The notes under the pieces: model-generated
Seen by the model: only the letters and a program-made list of their open reading frames with translations
Databases searched by the model: none
What the model was told of the DNA's origin: nothing
Shown here: one piece after another, positions 23,901 through 35,599 of the stretch
Position numbering within the stretch: position 1 is the first letter of the stretch
How the letters are laid out: every line of letters starts with the position of its first letter
Program-made: the position numbers and the translations under genes
Source: Lama guanicoe
Lineage: Eukaryota
Assembly (NCBI GenBank): GCA_013239625.1
Contig: MU054391.1
Location: 744,001 to 808,000 of the forward strand
Reading direction: 5' to 3'
DNA length: 64,000 nucleotides

Positions 23901-26238
23901 AAGTATTTTGGGTCCTGTGTGATGACGATGCTGGAGGATCCTAAACTAAATAAACACCTAGACAGCAGTTATAAACAATGTAGCTGTCACGGACGTCAGC
24001 CCTCCTGTGGGCCGGGCGCCTGCTGTCATCGTGCGGTGGTGCGCGTACCATGGTTTCACCTACAGCAAACCTCTCAGCAGGCCCCATGCTTCAGCTTACA
24101 GCACAGGCCGAGGAGGAAGCTGCATCCTGCCAGGGGCACAGCTGAGACGTCACACCCACCAGCAAGGCTGAGGCCAGCTTAGGTTCACCTGCGCGGCTCC
24201 AGCACGACGCCCCGGTCCCCCCGTGTGAAGCGCTTGTCCGCTGCTGCAGACATGCCCTGAGCGGCCCCTCTCGCCGCGTCCTCACTGCTTTGCTCCTCTG
24301 CTGACGATCAGTCACTGTCTGTGCTTCGATTTGCTGAGGAAGACGCACAGTCCACCTTGAAGAGACTCTGCTGACGGCCCTGCAACAACGGTCACCACGA
24401 GCGTCAACCGAGGGACGTGAAAGACCAACTTCAAGATGCTGACCCAGAACTCTGGTCACCAGACACAAAAGAACACAATGAACGATTTCTGCCAACACCA
24501 GAGGGGACGCAGGCACGCTGCGTGCCGTGTCCTGTCCTCACTGTCTTTCTCCTGTCACAGACGTAACTACGGCCGGTGGAAACTCACATTGGGTGATAGT
24601 GATTTTGGCACTAGTCTCAGCCGTAAGGTAAGACAGAACGCATCTGGTGAGGACGCGACCAAAGTGACGGACAGACACGTGCCCTCGAAGCGTCACTGCG
24701 CGGAACCACACGCAGCTAGGAGTCTGATCGCGCAAAATGGGTGCTTGCTCAGCAAAGCCACGCATCTTTGCATCCGGGGCGTTCCTGGGTGTTCCTGGCC
24801 TGGGGCTACGGCTCACTCCACCTGGGAGGTTGCACGTGGTGCGGGCTAGTCGTGTCTTGGAGCAGCTGCTCAGGGGCTTCTCCCACAGACGCTCTCGTGG
24901 CAGAAAGGCTCGGTGACAGCAAGGGTCGGTGACAGCGTCTCCAGGAACTGGGCCTGAGACGCGGTTTCTTCTTGGAGGGATACTTTCGTTTGACTTGGAA
25001 ATCAAGTCAGACTTCGGTGGCTCCTTGCAGAAAACTTAGAGCGGTCAGCAGCACGGTGAGGGTCCCTCAGATGGGCCACCTTTGTGGGATCCCAGTGGCT
25101 CCCGGGGACTTGGGATCTGCACGAGAGGCTCCCTCGGGGGACTGAGTTATTACACGCCGCCGCTGTCTGTCTTAGGAGGAGCGGCCTGACAACCCCGGAG
25201 TGGCCCCCACGGCCCAGCTTCCCTTCCGCAGTTCCGGCTGATGCCTCAGAAGTTCCTGTAGCACGTGATTCCTGCAGGTGTCTAGCGGGTGCTCCAGCTA
25301 ACACAAATTCTGAAACCAGGAGCCAGCAGTTGGCTATTTGTCCTCCTTCTGGGGATTTTCTTTCTGGAACAAACTTCCTCACATGCCAAAGACTTCCGAG
25401 TCAGCATTTGCCGAGCACCTGAATGCCGGTCACTGTTTTGCGTGGGTCACATTCTGGGGCTGACATTATAATTATGCAATTGTTCCATGGTTCTGCCATT
25501 CATCCATTGATTAAGCCCACTTATTTGAGTTTTTCTAGAAAAATGTCATTAGTTTGATTGGCTTTCTCATTTTTTAAAACAATCCTAAGTGTTTAAGTCA
25601 GAGTGAACAAACCCAAGACAGTCACATTCTAAAGCTATTTCAATAAGGTTCTGACTGCTTTTCAAAATATGTCACTTTGTACTTTCGAAAGTAGCTTATT
25701 TAAAATATGGTCCTAAGTGAACTAAAATTGAAAGTTTAATTCTAGCAAATGGAGAGCAGAACCTGAATTTTGGTTAAGACTCTGGGTTAAATGATGCATA
25801 TTTGCAAATATCTCCTACCCTAATCTGTCAGACATGAATATCCATAACTTCAAACACACAGTCTACTGCTTTCCGAACACAGAATGAGCATGTGAAGGAG
25901 CAGTGCTTTACACCATCTTAATCATAAGCCATGGTTAAGCTGCAAATCATTAATCAGCCTCAACAATGAAGATTTCACCCAGAACTACATTCAATACAGT
26001 GTCCAGAAATAACCTGCCAAATTGGTCTGTTCTCCAACTTGCCACAGACTACACGGAGCTGCTGTTCTGAACTCTCGGTTTGAGCGCCCACATCACATTA
26101 ATGACACCGTCTGCTCAGCAGAACCCGTGGTGCCTGTGTTAGGGGGAACCCTGATGCTCCTGCCTGGGCCGTCTCCATACCAGGCTCCATAGCAATTAGA
26201 CAAGAAAAACAGCCTTGGGAGGCCAATTTTAATTCACA

Positions 26239-26265
26239 GTGTGTGTGTGTGTGTGTGTGTGTGTG
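26239..26265. repeat. (GT)n microsatellite, about 13 units
   Basis: Directly visible. Confidence 0.9.
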
Positions 26266-26580
26266 GATACATTTGCACCCATGTAAATGTAACAGTTGAT
26301 TGTTTTCATAAGGGCTTTAAACCACCATAACAATCTGGGATGACTTCATAAAATTCAGATTTCCTGGAACCAACTAGTGTGGCTTCTGAAGGAGGAATGT
26401 TCATATGTGCCCACCACACAAAATTAGCAACAAGTAACTCACACCTATTGGACCTAAAAGCACTCTGTTCTCTGGCTGAAACTACTGCCCTCTGTGTAGA
26501 GAAGTCGTCTTCCTCAGGATTCAGTCGTGAAGAGCTCTGAGCCAAGGAAGAAGAGTGAGGAAGAAATATTACCTTCACTT

Positions 26581-26667
26581 TCTTTTCAACGGAGGTGCTG
26601 GGGACTGAACCCAGGACCTCGTGCATGTTAAGCATGCGCTCTGCCACTGAGCTATTTCCATCCCCCC
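26581..26667 (-). mobile_element. tRNA-derived SINE (camelid vic-1-like), short tail
   Basis: Minus strand ...ATAGCTCAGTGGCAGAGCGCATGCTTAACATGCACGAGGTCCTGGGTTCAGTCCCCAGCACCTCCG; A and B boxes; degenerate c(c/t)tcacttt flanks. Confidence 0.85.
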
Positions 26668-27522
26668 TTCCTCACTTTTTAAGCCTGTTTTAGCGTTTCT
26701 CTGAGGCAAACTCCAAGCCAGTAGAGACTCTAAGTAGACTCCAGAAAACTCCCCCTTCTTTCTAGAAAAAAACTGACTCTTGTGAAAGGACTGGCTTTAA
26801 GGTCATATTTTTGAGTCTGACACTAACAGAAAACTGGCTATCAGAGCAAAGTCATCTTGAATTGATTGCCCCAAACGCGCCACTACCCCTGCAGTGGGCT
26901 TTTCACATGTCTGTCTCGCTCACAACGCTGGATCAGAAACATCGTTCTCGAACATGGAAGCAGATGGTGGGTCGACCAGTTACTTCCTTTCAGCTACGTC
27001 CCTTCTGGTCCCGACCTCTGACAGTCACTAAAGTAGAGCTTTGGCCATCGGTGACAAAACCTGCCTCCCCAGCTGACACACCAGTGGTCACACAAAGCTT
27101 CCAGCTCTGGGGAGGCGTGTGGGCTAGGCTAGCCCAACACCACTGGGGTGGACAGTAACAGGACCTCTTGGCTAGGGCATCGGAGAAAATGCAAATTTAA
27201 GGTCCCAGTGTGGCAGCTCACCTCTCTGTAGAAGAGCTGTAAGACAAGCCATATGGATGCCATAAATATGTCAGCAAATTTTTGTGACGACCAATCTGAA
27301 TAGCAACTAGACGGAGATAACATCTAACGTCTAGCAGATAATCTAAGAAACTCTTCAAAAGAAAGTTAGACGCACGAGCAGTTACTCCTCCCAGCAGGGC
27401 CTGGCCAGCCCGGCCACGTGGCCGGCGCTAATTAGCGCGTCCTGGGCCCGAACCCCAGGCCGCTCTCCTTGGAAAACGCGCCTGAGTCCCCCTGTGACAC
27501 CGGGTAGTGCTTGAGAGATTAC

Positions 27523-27878
27523 CGTTCTCCTCCTCCTCCTCCTCGTCCTCCTCCTCCTCCTCCTCGTCCTCCTCCTCGTCCTCCACGTCCTCGCCGTCCT
27601 CCTCCTCCTCCTCCTCGTCGTCCTCCTCCTCCTCCCGGTCCGCCTCCTCGTCCTCGTCATCCCTCTGCTCCTCCTCGTCTTCCGAGTACTCCTCCTCCTC
27701 CTCCTCTTCCTCCTCCTCCTCCTCCTTGTCGTCCATGTCCTCCGTCTCGTCGCTGTCGTAGCACTCATCCACAGACGAGCTGTCTGCCTTCACTGCAAAC
27801 GGCTTTCGCTTGGGAGCAGGTTCTTGGGGCTGTTTATCTTGTGTTTTCCGTTTCTTAGCCAAGGGGCAGCCATACACG
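27523..27878 (-). CDS. MYT1L: MYT1L coding exon 4 (356 nt): end of ZF1 (SVYGCP), basic KKRK segment and Glu/Asp-rich acidic tract
   Basis: TCTCTTTCCAACAG|CGTGTATGGCTGC...GAGAACG|GTAATC; ORF 27428..27877 carries the peptide. Confidence 0.95.
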
Positions 27879-30800
27879 CTGTTGGAAAGAGAGAAAGAGG
27901 ATCTGTGTTACTGTCTTGGGCATCAGGGCAGTAGGAGCCCAGGCGAAGAGCGTTAAGCGTGGGCACGGACACCATCCGCGCAGGCGCCGGGAGATGGAAG
28001 CGCGCCAGGCCCTCATGCGCACGCGGTGCCCGGCCAGGAGCGCAGTGACAGGGACGTGCAGCTGGCACCTGTCTGCTTACTACCAGCGCTTTGCCTCATC
28101 GCCTAGTCCCTATGACTACCATTCCACATGGTAACACGGAGACCCTGACTGTGTCCCCGAGGACGGTTTGGGAAGCACTTCCACACCGTGCGGCTGACCG
28201 CACAGGCTTATTAACGTCTGACAAACACACGCTTTAAACTAAGGGTTAGTCCATGCAGACTACATCAACACGTGGACATTCATGTGAAATAGGAAAAACA
28301 TATACACGCTGTGGAAAGGCTTTGGATGTACTGGATCTGAATCTTCCAGGGATAAAACTGTATCCGTAGACATAATGGCCCACTCACCGTAAACATCTGC
28401 TCATGAGAGTAAGTGCACAGCTCACGCTCTGCACAACCTGTCAGTCCCACGTCAGCCCTGCCCGGCACCACAGACAGCAGACTCGGGGCACTTGGCAGTC
28501 AGCACTAAATCTCCCTGAAATTGGCCCAGGCCTGAGTAAGACCCTTACAGCGGAGTTCACAACCTTTCTTTGAGAAAGGACAGTTTTCCAAGGCTTTGTT
28601 GCCAATTATAATTCTTTTCTTCCCAGAAACCCTGTCTGTCTCTCTGTCTGTCTGTGTATTCGCACTGCCGGGAATGGTGGGCACAGACGCAACAGCACTG
28701 CGGGCAGCTGCTCCGCTGTCTGCAGTGAGCCGTGTGAGCGCCCTCACTGACCGAGCACGTAGGGGGCCCCTGCAGGCCAGACGGCTCCCTTTGGGCCTGG
28801 AGGGGGAGGCCCTGCCCGGCTCGGGCCCCAGAGTGTGTCTGTTTTGGGAGCCTCCTCTGGGCCGGAGCCTGTGCTGTGCAGAGTCAGAGGGGAGAGACAG
28901 AGATCCGCAGTTCAGGGCACTTACGGTCCCGGGGGCTTAGATGTGTAGGTGATTCTGCTCGGGAGCCTCTCAGGACCATTCCCCTCGCTGCACCCGATCT
29001 GCAGCCAGTCACCGGCACTCAGTCGGTGGTTGCTGAGTGAGCAGAGTGTGGCGACACCAGGACAAACACACCCGCAGGGCGTCATGTCATCACAAAGAGG
29101 GGCAGCCCGTCGAGGGGCTGGCAGGTCCCCAGGAAGAGACCACGCTGGAGGTGGGTCTTGACGGTGATGAACAGGGCAGGGCGTCTGGGAGTGAGTGTGT
29201 GTAGGGGGCACAGCCACATGGGGTTGGAGCATGGGGGGCGACAGCCACGTGGGGTGGGACTAATCACAGGACTCCAGGTTTTATGCAGGAAGCAGGGAGT
29301 GACTTGAGCTCTTTCCAGCAATCAGTGACACAGTCACGTCTGCATGTCAGGAAGGTGACGGCAAGGTGTGGTGCAGGCAGAGTCGAGGGGCCTGAGGCGG
29401 AGACGCGGGCAGGGCCTCCACCCCGGAAACGCCAGGGCGATGGGCCTTCCGCCTTTGGGAAGCCACCGTCTCTCAAAAACGTAATAAGCAAGACAGGAGT
29501 AACGCTCATTGTAAGTAGAGAAGAACGGAAGAGTTTTCTTGTTTAAGTGCTGGTCTACGGAGAGTTTCCAACAGGAAGTGAACAGACAGCTGAGATTTCT
29601 GTCGTGCGCACGTTCACGCGGGCTGGGGGAGAGTCTGCGTCAAGAATCACAAAGACTCCAGGTGCTAAACTGGGCCCCCCACGGCCGCTCCACCTCGCTG
29701 AACCGACAAGTAGCCAGGCCTGGCTTCTCCACCAGCCGGGCTTCTCAGGGCGCGGCCCCGGGTGGGAGTGGGTGTGCTTGACGCCGCCACTCGGTGTTTG
29801 TCCGAGTCATGAGTTAGTAGGCGTAACAACAGCGTTGCTGCCCACGACCCTGCAGCTCAGCACAGCGGTGGGACCTTCCGCATCTCCTGTCTCCTCTCGG
29901 CTTATCAGTAGCTTGTTTGCTGCGTCTGTTCTGCACCGAGCCACCCGCCCCTCAGGCAGCCCAGGGGCGGATGAGCAGTCCTGTCTCAGCCACCAGATTC
30001 ACCCAGATTGCCAGGACACGGCGTGGGACAGCTGGCTTTGTGCTGGGAGCTCACTCAGCGCAGCCCCTGCCCCGCTCGGCCCTGGGAACCGTCCGCGACG
30101 GTACGAGCGCAGCGCCAGGGTGGGCTCCGGCCCGGCCCCTTCTCCTCTCGCTCACCGCACTCAGCTGCCCAGAACCTCACGGCGGCTGAGGCGGTGCCCA
30201 GAGCTGCGAGCGGGAGCACGGAGGCCGTCCTTCTGTCCTAACTGGGGCTAGTTTTCCTTTCTTACACTACGCTGTGTAAACCACTCACACTCATTTTTTC
30301 CCCAACTTTTTGGGATTAGCTGGCCTCGGACTTCGAGCGTCTCTCGGGCCCGCTCACGCGGCTGACGCTCTCAGGCTGTCTCCGCAGCTTCTGACGTGAA
30401 CTGCAAATGAGACTGCACACCAGCCGCAGCCAAGTCCCGCCAGGCCCCTCCTCTGGGTGATCCGTTTCTACCGGCTGCAAGTGTCCGGCGCCCCCTTTAA
30501 ACTCGACAACAAAATTCAAGCCCACTGGACAGAGGTCACTCTGCCTGTGTCAAACAGCTCGTGGGGCAAGACCCTGCTCAGATCCACAGACACCTCCTGA
30601 TCTACAAGACCGAATGGTTTGGAATATTTCAGAGTGAAGCCCCAGGAGGCGATTCTGGGACGTGCACTTGGGGAGCGTGGCTCCTCCTAAGCCCACACGT
30701 GTGCAGATCGTGTCCGTTGGTGGGGTGGCCGGCGGGAGAGAATGTGCCCACCTGGGTGGGTAGCACCTCTGTTCCACCCCTAGCCCCTGGCAGGTGCTGG

Positions 30801-31300
30801 CGGTCCAGGGGCGGGAAAAGCCACTGCTTTACACCGGCTTCACGTCTATCAACACACACGCATCTTCCTTGACAACAACACAGCCCGCAGCCTGGGGCGT
30901 TCCTGGAGTGAGTCTTAGGAAAAGCAGAGATCCCGGTGCCGAGGGACACCCCAGCTGCAGAACTCGGCAGGTGCCGCGGTGGGCCCTTCATCTATGTCTC
31001 CCACTCGCGGGAGGGTCCAGGCCCCACTTGCAGTTTGGAAGTCATGTCCATGTCCCCTTCCTCAATTATGCTTCTCAAGACTGTCGCCAGGCCTCCGCCG
31101 GCTGCGCGTCTCCCAGGGTGGCTCTTGGAGCCTTGCGTCTGAGGCCCCTCCGTGATCTTTGTTGAAGGGCCAAACCACAGTTTTGCCTGTTTATCAGAAT
31201 GAGAGCACTTGTCACGTCCTCGTGTGACTATGGCTGACAGTCTTTCTCCTTCCGAGATTAAGAAAATGCCCCGTGTTCAACCGATGGCTGTGTTTTCGAG

Positions 31301-31451
31301 CTGCAGGACCCAACGGAGTAGCCACTGGTCATACGTAGTTATTTAACACAATTAAAGGAAAGTTGAAAATTAATTCCTCAGATGTCCCAGTTACATGTCA
31401 AGGGTACAACAGCACACGTGGCTAGTGGCCACCACACTGGACATGGCAGGA
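31301..31451. mobile_element. MER3/MER33-like non-autonomous hAT-Charlie DNA transposon remnant
   Basis: gtagccactggtcatacgtagttatttaa...aattcctcag...cacgtggctagtggccaccacactggaca; internal inverted gtagccact/agtggccac arms typical of this family. Recognised from memory of the consensus. Confidence 0.65.
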
Positions 31452-32864
31452 GCTGGATAAACACCTGTGCAATGGGGACACTGGATGCTGAGGGAGGAAG
31501 GTGAGGGGGCCAGGGGTGGGCTGAGCTCTGGGGGCAGCTCAAGATTCCAAAAATGTGACTTCACGAAAGTGCAGTCTTCTGGCCCAGCCACTCCAGGGCG
31601 TGTACCCTGCATAACCACAGCAGAATTAGTCTTCGCCGTCCCTGCAGGACCAGGGCAGCGCGGGGCAAACGAGCCTGCAGACCCCTGCACACGAGACGCT
31701 TCCAGGGCGCTCAGGAGGTGTGGCCGCAGCCTCTGCCCACCTCCGGGCTGCGGTGGGCCCGGGTGCCGGGCCGGGGTCTGCGACGTGTTGACAGACTGTT
31801 TCAGGCCCCCTCTCCGACATTCTCACCATCTTATACAACACACACCATCCAAATGTGACAATGAATGCATTTTGCATTTTTCTCACACAGTCAGAACTTC
31901 GAAGCCTCGGCAAGTATGCTGACTCCAAGGGTCTCGGTAGCTCGTCCCTCGAGCTTGAGTTACTCAAAGTGACAAGTGGCACCGCAGGCAAGCCCCAGGC
32001 TCCTCCGTGGCCGCTGGGAGCCCCAGCCCCACGCTGTTCGCGGACGCCACGGCGCGCCCCTTAGCTGCCGTGGCCTTCACAGGCCTTCTGGTGTTGACCT
32101 GACTTCAACCAGCTTCGGCCTTTCGTATCAGGTTGTTCTAGAAAAGTGGCTACTTGCCCCAGAGCTGGCACAGCCAACACACATCTCAGTGTATTCCAAG
32201 CTCTCAAGGCCAGTTTCCATGCTATTTTAAATGCTTGACCTGTCCCTCATCCGATTTTAATCCAGGGGACAGGGTCTCAGAAATGGAAAACCAAGTTTGG
32301 TGGCGCGTGCCCCGGGCCAGGTCCCGTGCAGCCGCTGGCCGGGCGGAGGGTCTGGCAGGAGCGGCCGTGGGCCGGCCCGGCCCCGCCGAGGGGGAGCCCC
32401 GGGGTCTCTGGTGGCGGTATGTGTCTCGTGCTGCCTCGACAGCCCCGGCTGAGCCGAGGGTGCACAAGCACGGGGCGCAGCAGGAATGAGGCGCGGACGT
32501 GAGCCTGGGGCCCCGAGTGCTGCTCCCCGTCGGCCACAGCAGCACGCTCAGAGCACGCGCTATGCGCCTGCTGTTTCCTCACGTCTTAGGGGTCTGGACC
32601 CTACAGCGACCCTGTGAGACGGACGCCCACTTCTGGGCCGAGACTCTGAGTAACTTGCTGAAAACCTCAAGCCCGAGCAACTCTGAACGAGGCATCTGAA
32701 ACCCCGCCCCCTGTGTCTTGGCTGCCTGATCCCTAACGGGGAGCAGCTGCCCTATCTCATTGGGCTTCAGGGAGGGCCCATTAAAGCTGGAGCGCATTTG
32801 CATCCCGACTGTCTGTTGTATGGGGAGGAGGCGCTCCGAGACTCTGCTGGATGAACAGATTGAT

Positions 32865-33790
32865 TTGTTTGTTCGAGAAACATTCCACTGAGCAGTGCTG
32901 ACCCGCCCCTACCTCATGGGACGGGACAGAGAGTTACCGTGGTGGAGAGGGTGGAGGATCGGAAAAGCTGCACAGAGGAACCAATACGGGTGGACAGGAG
33001 AGAGACACAGAAAGACAAAGAGAGAGAGAGAGAGACAGGGAGACAGAGAGAGAGCCGTGTGAGTGTGACCGTGTCGGTGGGACAGTGAGGTACGGTCTGC
33101 AGATGGAGGTGGCCATCCTAAGGGGGGCGGTGGGAAGCCCCTAAGGAGTTGACCAGCCTGGCTGGACTTGCCCCGTAAGCACCCTTGACCATGGCTGCAG
33201 CGGGGGAGATGGGGGGGGAGACGGGGTCATATCCATGGATACGGAGATGCAGAAGACTCGGGGTGTTGTGGAGGATCTTTGGTGGGAGAGAGGCAGACAG
33301 ACCAGGCTGATCGGGGTGGGTTACACATAAGGTATCCCAGTGTCCATGACCGCTAGAGGGGCTGGCCTCAGAGAGGGGTGGCCAGTGCACCGTGGGATGG
33401 AGCTGGCTTCCTGGAAAGAGTGGAGAGGGAGGGGGAGAGGGCTTCGGACACCGGATTCAGGAAAGGGGGGAGGAGGGGCTGAGGGAAGGAGGCGCGGGGC
33501 CCGGAGGAGGCGCTAAGTATCCCGGGGCTTGGAGGAGGCCCGAGCACAGGGCTTGTCCCTGGGTCTCCCAGCCTGGCTGGAGTGGGTGTGAACACGGGAC
33601 GGGGCGGCACTCAGAGGACACAGAAGGCCACAGGAGTGGGGAGAAGAGGGACCTGGGCCAGGACAGATGTCACACTGTGAGCTGGGTTTTGAACCCTGCC
33701 TGGAAGGATGGGCCGTGTCCACACAGACGGAAGAGGGTCAGAGGATCACACAGGTGGGGCGCCTGTAGACTCCTCACAACCACGGAAACA
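32865..33790 (-). mobile_element. Diverged LINE-2 fragments with an internal (GA)n low-complexity tract
   Basis: Purine-skewed; starts gatttgtttgttcgagaaacattccactgagc (L2 3' end reversed). Minus-strand peptide ILHNTPSLLHLRIHGYDP weakly resembles L2 endonuclease GDFNIHVDDP. Confidence 0.35.
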
Positions 33791-33839
33791 CAGATGTGAC
33801 TCTGCTGAGAGTGCAGAGTGCAGCAACTTTCTCAGAGTT

Positions 33840-34005
33840 ACACGGCTATTTAACTTTGGGCAACTTATTTAATTCCTACCAGCCTCAGTTTCCCCATCTG
33901 CAAGATGGACACAGTAATGCCTATTTCAGACTGTTGGCAGCCAATGCAAAACACAGTCCATGTGAAACACCTGGTGACCAGCATGTAGGCGGTGCTTCAG
34001 AAATT
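33840..34005 (+). mobile_element. MIR SINE fragment
   Basis: actttgggcaacttatttaa...agcctcagtttccccatctgcaagatgga...taatgcctatttca: MIR core. Confidence 0.7.
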
Positions 34006-34851
34006 TGAATTCTCTTTTTCTTATTTTACCCCTCCTCCCGTCTTACGTACAATTGACATCTCTTGTCACCACTGAACTTTTAAAGGGTTATTCCCACATG
34101 TCTTTAGAATATATAAAGGCATTTAAAAAACTTCAGACGTAATGTAATTCACTGAATTAAATAGCTAGAATTCCAGACTCCTCTGTGATACCTCTTCAAC
34201 AACATGTATATTAATAAAACCAATTCAGTTTAAAATATATATTGACATATTTCCTTAATTTTGTTCTTCTATTCTCTGCAGACTATTGTAAACAAAAGTC
34301 AGACTGATTTGAAAAGTGTGTATTTTTAAATTAAATGTGACATAAATGTTCCAATGTTGTAAGACGCTCAATGAAAAATTTTGAAAAATATTTCTTGACT
34401 TTACAGTTCAGAGAATTAAAAAAAAAATCTGTTTCCGGAAGGCAGAGATATGCTTTATGCTTTTCTTCTTTTATCATTTTCAATGATATAGCCTGTTATT
34501 CAGTATGTACTGCCTTGAATGGCAACTTCAAGATTCAAATAAAACATAAAATAATCACTGTGTAATCTATTTCAACTCAAGAAGACTTTCCCCAGGAAAG
34601 ACAGCAGCCTGGGGGGTCCCTGCATCCCTGGGGAGCGTGGATGGAGACATACAGGAGCCGGCACTGTTTCCCAACTAGCTTTCCAGGAGTTTTAGTTCTC
34701 TGGCTGCTGAGGTGGTCTCTTGTATTTTTAAAATAATTCTCAAAATCCTTACAATATCCCCTCTCCCTTTTCTTTTCACCTACGATAGCCTGTGTGTCTC
34801 TGTTCCTTTAAAGCAGAAAGAGTTCAGCTAAAAGCAACACTGTGTGAGGGG

Positions 34852-35170
34852 AGCACCAACCAGAGCGCCAGCAGCACCAGCATCACCCAGAGCACTGGCA
34901 GCACCACCTGGAGCACCGGCAACACTGGTACCACCTGTAGCACTGGCACCACCTGAATCACCAGCGCCAGCACCACCTGGAGCACTGGTACCACCCTGAG
35001 CATTGGCACCACCTGCAGCACCGGCACCACCTGCAGCACCGGCACCACCTGAATCACCAGCACCAGCACCACCTGGAGCACCGGCACCACCTGCAGCACC
35101 GGCACCACCTGAATCACCAGCACCAGCACCACCTGGAGCACCGGTACCAGCACCATCAGCAGCACCAGTG
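34852..35170. repeat. GC-rich minisatellite built on GCACCA / GCACCACCTG with 18-24-bp subunits and a 60-bp higher-order period
   Basis: Lines starting at 35041 and 35101 are near identical; recurring ggcaccacctg(ca/aa/ga). Confidence 0.9.
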
Positions 35171-35599
35171 CTCACCCTGCCTCCCAGCGGTGCTTCTCTA
35201 TTTCAGCCATGCATCCCTAACAACCCTACCCTTGAGTTTGCCTCAAAAGCTCACACTCAGTGGGAGATACTTAGGACTTTCACAATTATACTCCTTTCCC
35301 GAAGCACCTCCGGAATGAGGACATGGGTCTGGTCCCAAAGGTTACCTCGAATCGAATTGTCTTTCATGATTCAACTCAGTCTGATTGACGCCCCCTTCAG
35401 GGAACACCCCTTGGAGGGAAGGGAGCCACTGGAGGGGTGCGGGGAGCCGAGGTGCAGGGAAGGCAGTGGGCAGCTCTGGAGGCTGCGGACGGCTGGGGCT
35501 GCAGGATGAAGATCGGACAGGTGCGCCTTCTGCTGCCCCTCCTGGCTCTCAAGCCCCAACCCCGTTTCCTCCTGGCAGACTTTTCTCAACCTTTCTCCT

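Noticed and set aside
27382-27858. Poly-Ser, poly-Pro and poly-Arg ORFs
   Set aside because: Alternative frames and strands of the GAG-rich acidic exon.
28388-28437. Possible 50-nt cassette exon upstream of the acidic exon (ACAG|...TTTACG|GTGAGT)
   Set aside because: Good donor but no polypyrimidine tract at the acceptor, and no other support.
34824-35509. Gly/Ala-rich (silk- or elastin-like) and Pro/Ala-rich ORFs
   Set aside because: Translations of the GCACCA minisatellite; no exon signals.
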